A stretch of 64,000 nucleotides of DNA, taken from NCBI GenBank assembly GCA_003427395.1, contig BFEA01000043.1, positions 4,118,439-4,182,438 on the forward strand. The letters run 5' to 3'. Made by a program: the position numbers and the translations under genes. Positions within the stretch are counted from its first letter, which is position 1; each line of letters opens with the position of its first letter. Positions 23,981 to 35,181 of this stretch are shown here, piece by piece. Origin of the DNA: Chara braunii (Eukaryota; Plantae; Charophyceae). The notes beneath the pieces were generated by a model. The model was not told the DNA's origin. It did not search any database and saw only the letters and a program-made list of their open reading frames with translations.

Positions 23981-26142
23981 TCAGAAGCTCATGTGCCTTC
24001 TTGTTTTTTTTTTTTCTTTTTTTCGGGAAAAGGTTGAGAAGTCCATTATAAGAATTATAAGAATATCCAAAAGGAGGCCGGCAATCCTCACAAACAACGC
24101 CGTAGTCATGTAGCGCTGGGGTGGAAAACCATACCCAGCTTCGGTTTAGCCGTCTGGATGGCAAGAAGACGTCTTACCAGGCTTTTTTTTTTTNNNNNNN
24201 NNNNNNNNNNNNNNNNNNNNNNNNNNNNNNNNNNNNNNNNNNNNNNNNNNNNNNNNNNNNNNNNNNNNNNNNNNNNNNNNNNNCCTCTAGATAGTCTTAG
24301 GAGTAGGTAGTGGAAGGTAAAAGAAACAGAAGTTGAGAGAAGAATATAGAAAAAAGAAAAAAAGAAAAAAAAAAAGGAGTCGGTTTCTGGACCCACGACA
24401 GGTACCTATCTACAATCAGCAACTAATTTATGGGACCCAGACCATCCTATCTTGGAGGATCCCCCTCAGACGGCCCCTACTGCAGATTCCCCAAGGGACC
24501 CCAACGATTTCCTCCACCAGAGTCTGTCTACTAAACACCCCTCCTACCGGGATCCCTTCAGACAATGTCTACTAACACCCCTCCTACCGGGATCCCTTCA
24601 GACAATCCCCTACTGTAGGTTCCTGTCGAGCCCTCTGCTCTTCTGTACAGGAATCCTGAAAGCCCCTACCTTGAGCTATTATCGATCTATCAGTAAAGCT
24701 TCTCAAAATCTATGAGTGTACGACTAACCTAACACAAGGTCTTACTATGGGGGTCATAGCACGACCCTGTGAAGCACCGAGGTTCTACTCTGCTTGACAC
24801 TCCACCCACTAACCCGAAGGGAATCCACCAGCCTGCCTGTCTCCTGCGAGTAACAGAACCGAGTGCCCTGGTTCCTACTTCTGATCTGCCTTGAGCCATG
24901 GACACCATTCCAACTTATCCTGCACATCGATCTTGACCAGCCAATTGGCACCTGTGCACCATGTCTCCCTAAACCATCTCAGATTCTTGCCTGGAGCCTC
25001 AGGTTGTCTTACTCCTCTGTTCCAGTCTGCTTGGATCGGGAGTCTCAGCCGGTAGCAGATAAGGCTCTTTGTTTCCGTGTCTGCCATTCCTCTGTTGTCA
25101 AAGACAGCACGGTTTCGATGTTCCCAAATGACTGACAGAATTACCATTCTGCACACCTGTGCCACGTACCCTGCCCCTCTGGTCGTGGGTATCCCCTCCC
25201 GTGTCAAACCAAGCAGAACCCACTCCCTGCCCCACTCCCATCTGTGCTCCGAGGAGTGCCAATGTCCCGACCACCATTTCCAAATAGGGTTGGATGCCGG
25301 ACAATCCCACCATAAGTGGAAGGTGGATTCGAAGGGCCACGTGCATCTCCTGCATGCCAATCGGACCTCCATGCCTTTCCCTGCTAGCCATACTGCTGAT
25401 GGGGAGACCAGCCATGAGAGTAACCAGAGGACGGCTGCATACCTCTGAGAGGGAAGAGTTGGGAGTTGATGCCACAGATCTTTCATCCTCTGGGCCACAG
25501 GAGGGTAGCAGACTCTCCCATCTTTCCGTTGTTATAGCAATTGGGAGTTTGTTGGGTAACAGGATCTGCAGTGATGAGTTCAGGTTCCCCATGGGGAGAG
25601 TCGAACCTCTCAGTCCCTGCCCCATCCAGCCCCAAGCTCCTGGGTCCAGTTTGCATATCGCTATAGGTTTGTCCGTGCCACTATACTGAACCAGGTGTTT
25701 GGCGTCCACCTCACACCTCTCTTCCACTCTGATCTGAGCGATAACTTCACCCAGCTCAGGAGTGAGGGCTTCGGCTGTTCTCGTCAAACTTGGTCCTTGG
25801 GCAGCTTTGGTCCAAGATTCCCATTGTCTGTCCCCCATGGAGCCGTATTCCTTCAGCTTCCAAAAGATGGGGTAGGCTCGTGGCGGATCTGGTACATACC
25901 AGGTACCTGGAGGGTCGACCCCTGCCAGACTCAGTAGCAGCTTCCAGCTGTGTGGAATACCCGCGAGGACTTCTGCGTACTTTTCTTCTACGTGGTGCAG
26001 GTTCCCCAATGCTTCCCGTAATTCTGCTGTTGATCGCCACTGGCCTACACTGTCGTTCCACAGGTCTTCTATTCGAAGGATCTTCCTCTGAATCCAAGAA
26101 GGTTCCTGGGGCTTTGTTCGCTCTGAACCGCTCCCCCTGTGC

Positions 26143-28492
26143 TTTTTTTTTTGGGGCAAGTACGTTTGTGTCACAAACGAAGTTCGAAAGGGCAAAAAAA
26201 ACAATAATGGGCAACGAAAAAATGGGCATAGTTCGAAAAGGAAGTCATAACATCAGAAGGCGGTAACATCAGGCCCCGAGTTTGAAAAGGGCGGTTGTAG
26301 CACACTTTTTTTTTTTTTTTTTTTTNCGCGGCCGCGGCCAATCTGGGGTGTGGCCGAGACATCCCGGCCGTGGCCAATCTGGGGTGTGGCCAAGACATCT
26401 CGGCCATGGCCAATTTGGGGTGTGGCCGAGACATCTCGGCCATGGCCCAACCATGGGCGCTTTTTTTGTTTTTTTTTTAAGCCACGGCGCGGTGCGGCGC
26501 ACGACAGAAAAAAAAAATAAAAAATAAATGCGAGGATTTAGTACCTCGGCAGTGTTCTGAAAGGCCGTGCCCGCCCTAAGTGAAGGCGGGCCTGCAAATA
26601 TGTGCCAAGGCCTGTTTATAGGCCTACACCAGGCTGAGGGCATGAATCTTCGAGGATGCCTTGTAACAAGGTAGCTCCTTGGCATGCCCTGGTAGCTCCT
26701 TTGCATGCCCTGTGGGGCCCCCATTCAATGTGATTGTGTGATCTGGTCATCTCGCTATAGCTCAAATTCCTTGCAAAAAAAAAAAAAAAAAGACACGGCC
26801 GAAAAAAAGAGCGGCAAAAAAAAGCGCGGCCGAGAAAAAGCGCGGCAAAAAAAAGTGCGGCTGAAAAAAAAAAAGAAAAGAAAAAAAAAAAGGTGCTACA
26901 ACCGCCCTTTTAAAACTCGGGGCCTGATGTTACCGCCTTCTGATGTTTTGACTGCCTTTTCGAACTACGGCCATTTTTTCGTTGCCCATTATTGTTTTTT
27001 TTGCCTTTACAGTTTGAAAGTGTGGTACTACCGCACTTGTTTCTTTTTATTTTTATTTTTTAAGAGGCTCCATCTATTGGTGGGGAGCGTCACCTGCTGG
27101 AAAACGGGTCCAGCGTCCCTTACACAGTGTGATACAATATGATACAAAGAAGAGGAACTGGATGGTGTCTGGAGGGTGCCTGCCAGCATTGATGACTCTG
27201 GAATCCAGGGGATTGACTGAGCAGGTGTGAACATGACCCGACCAATGAAAATGAAAGCTGGTGGTCCCCATCTCCGTCTCCAACCCTATGCCTGGTCAGG
27301 GTTCTGGGAGGAGCCACTGGGGGGCACCAGTGAATCCTTCCGTCTCCCTGCCCAACCCCCCAAAACCCTGGGCCTGCCCTGCTGCCACACACCCACACTG
27401 CGTTAGAATGGAACAGACTAAGACAGAAAATTGGAAGCTTTACAGGATGAAGCAGAGTAAAACATACTGAGACTGAATAGAACAGACTAAAACGGACTAA
27501 AAAACAGCCTAAGACTGAGTAAAACAGACTATCCCAGGCTAGAACTAAATAAAACAGACTAAAACACAGACTGAAAAACAAACTCAAACAGAATAGAACA
27601 GACTAAAGAAAACAGACAAAAGACAGACTTTTTTTTTTTTTTTTTTTTGTAACAGAATGATGTCTGGAAGGCGCCTGTCAGCTCTGGAGTCCAGAGGATT
27701 GACTGAGCAGGTAGGTGTGACTCAACCGATGGGACTGAAAGGAGGTGGCCCTTCGTGAGGGGAAACGGGGGGGGGAACCTCTTCACCCTGATGCTGGCGC
27801 CAGATACCTGCTGCTACATACTGCCCCCCCCCCCCCCAAACCGTTCCAGTCTCTTTTTGGACAGTGACGGACAGTGCTCAGCGAGACAGCAAGAAGTAAA
27901 CAAACTTTAAGAACAGTGGGTTTCATTGGGCAAGGAAATTATAGACGTATTTCTAGAGATCTCGGGTGTGGAGGATATGGGTCGGGGAACTTTTCTGCTG
28001 GTCTCATAGGGATGCTCGAGTCTAACGACATCCACTCTTTGAATCTCAGGTGGTAGTCCCTTGGGACATCCTCTCCTTGCCTGTCCTCCCTTCCTTCAAC
28101 TCCCTCCCAGTCCCATGACCAGCAGCCCTCTGCTACCCACCCCTCCCGATCCCCGCCCAACCATTTTCTAGAAACTGTAGTAAACGTTCCCGGATGTCTC
28201 TGGGTCTATGGAGGTTGTCAAGTGATTGTTTAGTTGACTTCCACCTATGCGAGAGCTCCAGTTGGAAATGCGTTTTAAAAATTGAATTGCTCCAACCTTT
28301 CTTCACCCTCAATCCGCACACGGTCTAAAGTTAGGACACAGCATTGCCACCACCCACAAGACCGTTCTTCGTGACAGGTGAAACATGTTTGTCACAAAGG
28401 TATTGTCTTGAAAGCGTGGATAGTGGCCCATACGGATGGCCCGCCATTCCCATGGCCATTGGTACCATGGAACCATTTGTTGCCACACCCTA
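26143..28492 (-). mobile_element. 5'-truncated module-bearing LINE inserted in LINE C
   Basis: TSD TCCCCCTGTGC (26132-26142 and 28493-28503). Poly(T) at 26143-26152. C-terminal DRVWQQ..WPWEWRAI. YAATC motif at 27180-27225; core module at 27067-27119. Confidence 0.8.
26157..27039. mobile_element. Foldback-type DNA transposon lying in the LINE tail
   Basis: Inverted repeats of about 115 bp (26190-26303 and 26892-27007), termini CAAGTACG / CGCACTTG, and three tandem repeats of about 31 bp (26329-26445). Confidence 0.65.
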
Positions 28493-30137
28493 TCCCCCTG
28501 TGCATTCTTGATTCTGGGATTATCAAAGATTGGTTGTTCCCGGACCTCAGCCCTCGTGACTGGTTCGACCCATGTATCCGGTTTGACTTTCCGCCACGCT
28601 TTCACAACATCTGCCCAGAATTTTGATGAAATCTTCCTGTTCAGGTGAGAGTCCAACTGTAAGCAAAGCAAGACATCCCTGGGCCGTTGAAGACCCCATT
28701 CCTGCGCCAAGATATGCTCTGCCATAATCACCCAGTGGCCCTCTCCATCACTGTTAGTCATACGAATGATCCATTTAGCCAGCAACAGGAGGTTCTGTTT
28801 GACTGGGTCGCAAATTCCCAGGCCACCGTCTTCTTTTGGGCGAGTGATAAACTCCCATGCAACCCTAGTTAGGAACTCCCTATCTTGTTCTCCATGTGGT
28901 TTCCAGATGAACTTCGCTGCTAATCTGCAGATGGTCTTCAGGAAAGGCTTACTCAGAAGCCTAACGTTTCCCACAAACCACAACATTGAAAAGAGGGATG
29001 CCTTAACTACCTGTGCTCTTCCAAACAGAGCAAGATGCTGAGCTTTTCCCCAGCAGCTCACTCTAGCTACCATTCTGTTCTGCATGATCTCTTCTTGAGT
29101 GTTCTGACAATTGTGCATCGCTACCATAACTCCTAGGAACCTTTCCGCCTCCCCCTGTTCTATACGCTGCATTCCCCAATCTGCTTCTAACGGTCTGGTA
29201 TTTGGCAAAAAATACACTGACTTCTTCCAATTTACAGCAGCTTCTGAGAACAGAGCATATTCATCCAACAATGCTTTCAGTGCGTTCAGCGAAGTTGTGG
29301 AGTTACTGCAGATGGCGAACAGGTCATCTGCCATGTGCCTTCCAGATCCTGGGGGCTCTTTGCTCCTTTTTTTTGTTCGTTTTTTTTTAAGTGAACAACT
29401 GCTTTGGTCCCGACGTAGGTCCGTGTTAGGGCTTGGTTTTCCCTGCTGGGGTTCGTCCCGTGTTAGGGTTCGTTTTTTCTTGTTGGAATTCCCTTTTAGC
29501 TTGGCTTTTGTAGATTGCTCAGATAGTTGGAATGGCTGAGTAGTTTCGCCCCCCCCCCCCCCCCCCCCCCGAAACTGCACTTTTATTAACAGGGCCCAGT
29601 GCCTAAGGCGATTACATGATCAAGATAGTAAAAAACAGGGACGACAGGTTGTCCTGCCCCACCGGGGGCCCGGAGCCCCATCCCTGCGTACACAGTATCC
29701 GCACTCTTTACCCTAACGCGGCACCAGCCCTGCTACGAACGCAGATCACCACACTCCTTACCTTACGCTATATTCTTCTCTCAAATCTTTCATCATCTTT
29801 CAATTTTTTCCAATTCACCTTTTTTTTTTTTTTTTTTTCCCAATTCACCTTCACTACCTACCTACCACTATTGCGTTTTCCGTTTTATTTTGTCTTCTTT
29901 TTTCTCACCGGTTTAGGAGATTTGCTTCGTGGATAGCTTACTTAGTGTTTTATCTGTTGAGGGATGGGTTGTAAGCAGTTACTGTAGGGCCTCGCCGCAC
30001 CACAGTAGAAGGGCAAAAAAAATTGACGGCTGTCAGAACAAATTCGACAGCCTCCATTTGACAGTTTGCCCCCCTTTCAACACACAGCAGTGACAGCACT
30101 GTAGAGTGCACGCACTTGTGAAAGCAAGATGGAAAAA

Positions 30138-30820
30138 ACAGAGCTCAGTTTGAAACAGAAGAGGGAGCTGCGCTAGCGCTAGCGCCCTGAAGTCGGCCGA
30201 CCAATGGGGCCTGGTCGCCCTGGCTCAACCAGCGCCGGCGGAGAATAGCTCCCCGGCTGCTGGGCCTGCCTACGTGCCCGACAGGTGCAAATGGTTATCC
30301 GCCGCTTGGTGCCTGATGATTGGTGACGTGGACGTCCCACGACACGTGGACAGGGGCAGCGCCAGCCGTGGGATTGTCAAGTGAATCATGTGAATGACGC
30401 AGCAAATTCGGCGTGAAATGGATTCAGTGGAGGAGCTACAACAGCGTGCGGAAGAATGGCTCGACACACTGGGAGAGGGCTGCAAGCAGCTGCGGATGAT
30501 AGTGGGGACGCTGATGCAGCGGAGGCAGGAGGGGATGGAGATCGATGGGGGGGGCGGTCTCTATGGAGCAGTGGTTAGATGACAGGATCCAGGAGATGTT
30601 GGATGTCATGTGGGAGCTGGAGGAGGGTCCGGATCCCCAGCCCGAACCCTGCATTGACTGGAGACGGGCGGCTGATGGGATGGATGTGTGTAAAGCCCTC
30701 TTTATAAAGGGCCGCAATCTTCGCAATCAGTTGGAGTGCGAGATGGGTGATAAGGGCGAGGGCGGAGTGGATGCCAGCGGAGATAAATGCGGCGACGACA
30801 CTGGCGATAGCAACAGAAGC

Positions 30821-30866
<46 letters not shown>

Positions 30867-31817
30867 GCAACGACGACGACAGCAACAACATCAACAACAA
30901 CGGCGGCGATGCTGGGGGTGGCAACAACAACAACAACAACAATTACAACAACAATAATGATGATGGTGGTAGTGACAACAAGGGTTGCGGCAACGATCAC
31001 GGCAGCAGCAACAACAACAACAATAACATTCACGACAGCGGCAGCAGCAGGGTTGAGAGCGGGGTTGGGGATGACATCAACAACAACAGCGATGATGCCG
31101 ATAGTGTTGATGACGGAGGCAGTGATGACCACGGCAGCAGCGGGGCTGAAAGCCTTAGCATGACGGGTGTGATGCCGCATGTTGAAGTGGAGGGGATTGG
31201 GAATGATGTGGATAAGAGGTTTGCCATCTCCCCCTCCCTTCCCCCTTTTAACCTCGTCGTCCGGTTGAGGGTAGGAGTGGGATGATCGTCGCCAAGTGAT
31301 GTTGATTGGTGTTGTCCGGCCCTCAATACCAATCAACAATGGAGTGCTGAGGGGGGCTGGTTATGATATACATTGCGGGTGGTCAATCCTTCCCTTGCGT
31401 GGGGAAGTAATCAATGCCTCCGCTTACATACATATCATATCTCTCATATTGTTTTGATTGATAAGGACCATTCACATCACAGCACATCATAGTTAGGGTC
31501 TCGTGTTTAGACATTGAAATTCACAAGATCACAAATCATCACACATATCACACAAATATTACACATACATGTTAGGGTGTTCGTGGATCTCTATAGGGGC
31601 GCTGGACCCGTTTCCAGCTGATACTTTCAGATGCATGTACAGGGACGCTGGACCCAATTTCCAGCAGACACTCTCATAAATGTACAGGGACGCTGGATCC
31701 GATTTCCGGCAGGTGTAGCTCCCCACCAATAGATGGAGCCTTCGACGCCGGGACCTACTTACCGGGGATGCTCTTATCACCTCGTTAAGTAGGTTTCCCG
31801 TATAAGGAAGTTTCACC

Positions 31818-31844
<27 letters not shown>
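30138..31844 (+). mobile_element. RT-less, ORF-bearing, poly(A)-tailed retroelement using the LINE 3' module (variant C)
   Basis: TSD AAGATGGAAAAA (30126-30137 and 31845-31856). YAATC motif at 31374-31423. Three P1 hairpins, core at 31687-31739, terminal CTCTTAT hairpin, then poly(A). Confidence 0.82.
30394..31285 (+). CDS. Hypothetical protein: acidic helical N-terminus and Asn/Asp/Gly-rich tail; probable frameshift in the G-run near 30547-30555
   Basis: ORFs 30394-30582 and 30545-31285 join at a G homopolymer: MTQQIRREMDSVEELQQRAEEWLDTL...MEQWLDDRIQEMLDVMWELEEG...NNNN. Confidence 0.5.
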
Positions 31845-31848
<4 letters not shown>

Positions 31849-33031
31849 TGGAAAAAGACGAATGCACCTGAGGGTACGACAAGCATTAGTCCATCCCGAC
31901 CTTACCCCTACTCACCAAGTTTCGAAGCGAAGTCGATGGCGCAGCCGAGGAGTGTCGAAAGCATCGGAGTAGCAGGCTGAGGATTCAACGACTTTCGACA
32001 GGAGGTGTCGAGAAGCATTCTCTGACAACAGCCAAATTCTCTTCCCGTCTCCGACTTCGACAGCTTGTGTGGCGAAGAGAAACTGTCGAAAATCGCATTT
32101 TCGACAATGGTGCGGCGAGGTCCTTAGGGTTTTGGGATAGGGGGTAAATGGCTAGTGTAATTACAGTTCATGTGAGTTGGCTTTCGTTTGGTGTGTTTTC
32201 TTTTGGGTGGGTGGACAGTAGTGATCCGCTGCGAGGGGACCAGCTTTTTTTTGTGAGGGACACCAGGCCCATTTCCTGGCATTTTGAAATACTTTGCCTT
32301 GGGCACTAGGCCCTTCTAAAAAAAAAAAAGAAAAGAAAAAAAGAAAAAGAAAATATAAGGGACTAAAAAAAANNNNNNNNNNNNNNNNNNNNNNNNNNNN
32401 NNNNNNNNNNNNNNNNNNNNNNNNNNNNNNNNNNNNNNNNNNNNNNNNNNNNNNNNNNNNNNNNNNNNNNNNNNNNNNNNNNNNNNNNNNNNNNNNNNNN
32501 NNNNNNNNNNNNNNNNNNNNNNNNNNNNNNNNNNNNNNNNNNNNNNNNNNNNNNNNNNNNNNNNNNNNNNNNNNNNNNNNNNNNNNNNNNNNNNNNNNNN
32601 NNNNNNNNNNNNNNNNNNNNNNNNNNNNNNNNNNNNNNNNNNNNNNNNNNNNNNNNNNNNNNNNNNNNNNNNNNNNNNNNNNNNNNNNNNNNNNNNNNNN
32701 NNNNNNNNNNNNNNNNNNNNNNNNNNNNNNNNNNNNNNNNNNNNNNNNNNNNNNNNNNNNNNNNNNNNNNNNNNNNNNNNNNNNNNNNNNNNNNNNNNNN
32801 NNNNNNNNNNNNNNNNNNNNNNNNNNNNNNNNNNNNNNNNNNNNNNNNNNNNNNNNNNNNNNNNNNNNNNNNNNNNNNNNNNNNNNNNNNNNNNNNNNNN
32901 NNNNNNNNNNNNNNNNNNNNNNNNNNNNNNNNNNNNNNNNNNNNNNNNNNNNNNNNNNNNNNNNNNNNNNNNNNNNNNNNNNNNNNNNNNNNNNNNNNNN
33001 NNNNNNNNNNNNNNNNNNNNNNNNNNNNNNN

Positions 33032-34990
33032 NTGATAGTGGTGCTGATAAGAGCAGACACCACTACCACCTGGGAAGAGGCTCCATCTATTGGTGGGGAG
33101 CTTCACCTGCTGGAAAGCAGGTCCAGCGTCCCTTTTAACAGAAATAAGATTTAATTACATGACATTCCTGCCAGCATTGATTGCCCTGGAAACCAGGGGA
33201 TTAACTGCGCAGGGAGGGGGAGAACCTCTTCACCCAAAAACAGGGGCCAGATTCTTGCCTATGCACACTAGTTCCTCCCTTCCCCACCCTGATAAACATT
33301 TCTTTTGTCCCAAGCCTGCTCCCCTCTTTGCTGGAAAGCGGGTCCAGCGTCCCTTTTAACAGAAATAGGATTTAGTTACATGACACTCCTGCCAGCATTG
33401 GTTGCCCTGGAAACCCAGGGGATTAACTACTCAGGGAGGGGGAGAACCTCTTCACCCAGGAACAGGGGTCAGATTCTTGCATATGCACACTAGTTCCTCC
33501 CTTCCCCCCCCGATAAACATTTCTTTTGTCCCAAGCCTGCTCCCCTCTTTCCTAAGTTCCCATCCTTGTCTACTCTCCCCCTTTCCTCACCTAACACCCG
33601 TACCACCGCAAATCCACCAGGCTATTGGTCGGGGGGGGGAAGGGGCCAGGGAAGTCATCTGCTGTTCTCATGGGAATTGAGGGGTCCACCTTGGTCCACT
33701 CGTGAAAGCTCAGCCGATAATCCTTGCTCAATCTTTCTTCCTCTTGGGTACGTCCTGAGTTTCTTTCCACCCTCCCTAACCCTCCCCCTTCTTTCCCCCC
33801 GAGCCATTTTACGCAGAAGTCCTGTACTTTTTGATCTGATTCTTGTTGTGTGTGTATGTGTCAGATCTGGGCTTTGACTTCTTCCCAGCGGGTTGTTACC
33901 TCTGTCTGGATTTGTTGCTGTATGCTTTCAGTGAATTCGGGTCCTTCCAGCCTCACCCCTTCCATCTCATACGTACAGCGACGTTTCCAAAGCGCCCATA
34001 GCACCGCCCTACGTCCCAGTTGGAACATGTTTTGGGTGAAGTCATCCACCTGTTCCGCATTCCATGTTTCTAATAGTACATGCTTGCCAATTCCATGGCC
34101 AGGGCGTCGTTACTTCTAGCTGATCCCAAATCCTGTCCCACCAGCGCCAGAGAAGGACCGCTCCTGGACATTGCAGGAAGATATGTTCTATGGTTTCTGG
34201 CTTTTTCCTGGATGGGAAAGCATCTAAACAAAATTTACACCAGAGCAGGGTCCGCCCACTTTGTTCCAAGGATGTCCTATCTATTAGCCAGTCGTTTGTT
34301 GGTAGGCAATGGTGTTCTATCTGCCATTGGAGGGAGGCCAGTTTTGCTGGTTTCGTCTTGACGAGCTGAAACCATTTTACCCTCCGAAGACATTCCTTGC
34401 TAATGTTCAGTTGCTTCATCCATCTAGCCTCCACCTGATCCCGTAGATTAGTCATTGGACGGAGTAGTCTGTATGTTGATTTGACTGTTATGCTATGTAA
34501 TTTTCTGATGCATTTCTTGCCCCTTCCAGAGGGTGAGGACCATATCCACTCCATTGGGTCTAGCGGCAGTTGAGCGATCGGAGTGCTGCCAGGGCTTCCA
34601 TCACTATCACAAACAGAAAGGGTGCGATCGGGTCACCTTGTCGGACTGACCTCTGGAGAGAGATGGCCGGCGCAAGGTTTCCATTGACCATGACCCTAGT
34701 TGTGACGTTTTTGTGCAAGATTTCCACCCATCTCCTGAAATGAGGACCAAAGTTAAGTTTTTCCAGGCACTTGTCTAGAAAGGTCCAGTCAACATGGTCG
34801 TAGGTTTTTTCGAAGTCAATGAAAATAATTGCCGCATTATGCTTAGATTGCCTTGCAAGTTTGATCATTTCATTGACCAGGAGGATGTTGTTCTGAATAT
34901 TCCTGCCCTTTATGAATCCAGTCTGGTCTGGGTGGATAATGTCTTTCATTACTTTATCCAAGCGGTTGGCCAGTGTCTTTGTCACCATCT
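33032..34990 (-). mobile_element. Rearranged LINE fragment: RT piece (34580-34990), C-terminus and 3' UTR with a 222-bp tandem duplication and module A
   Basis: PDQTGF, FIDFEKTYD, RQGDPIAPFLF; LQWQIEHHCLP, ETIEHIFLQCP. Duplication at 33108-33551. Confidence 0.85.
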
Positions 34991-34997
34991 TCAATGG

Positions 34998-35181
34998 CTA
35001 GTTGTGCGGAGTCACAAAAACGAGTTTTTGTTGCACCATGGGCCAAGATACAGTTTGCAATTGCACTTCGGGCACCGTACCTGGCCAGAAAGCTGGGTTG
35101 TATACATTGCCCGAGCTGCAATTGCAAACTGTATCTTGGCCCATAGTGCAATTATAACTCAATTTTGTGACTCCCGCCTAG
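34998..35181. mobile_element. Palindromic MITE-like element (about 185 bp, arms of about 65 bp)
   Basis: GGAGTCACAAAA..TTGCACCATGGGCCAAGATACAGTTTGCAATTGCA..CGGGCA is mirrored at the other end. CTAG at both extremities. Confidence 0.75.

Larger units (their letters stand above)
24380..29345 (-). mobile_element. 5'-truncated L1-clade LINE of a different family (LINE C), interrupted at 26143-28492
   Basis: ADDL, VNWKKS, DGGLGICDP, QPIFDNPRIKNAQG|ERFRA, RIEDLW, CRRCTWPFESTFHLWWDCP. Stop at 24875. Confidence 0.82.
29987..32123. mobile_element. Harbinger/Tourist-like MITE (about 0.4 kb) split by a retro-insertion
   Basis: TIRs GGGCCTCGCCGCACCA / TGGTGCGGCGAGGTCC, flanks GTA/TTA, internal GACAG/TGTCGA repeats. 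Confidence 0.7.

Noticed and set aside
27187-27221. Box C/D snoRNA-like TTGATGA...CTGA on the plus strand
   Set aside because: Other copies of the motif have TTGATT(G/A), so box C is not conserved; this is the antisense of the YAATC motif.
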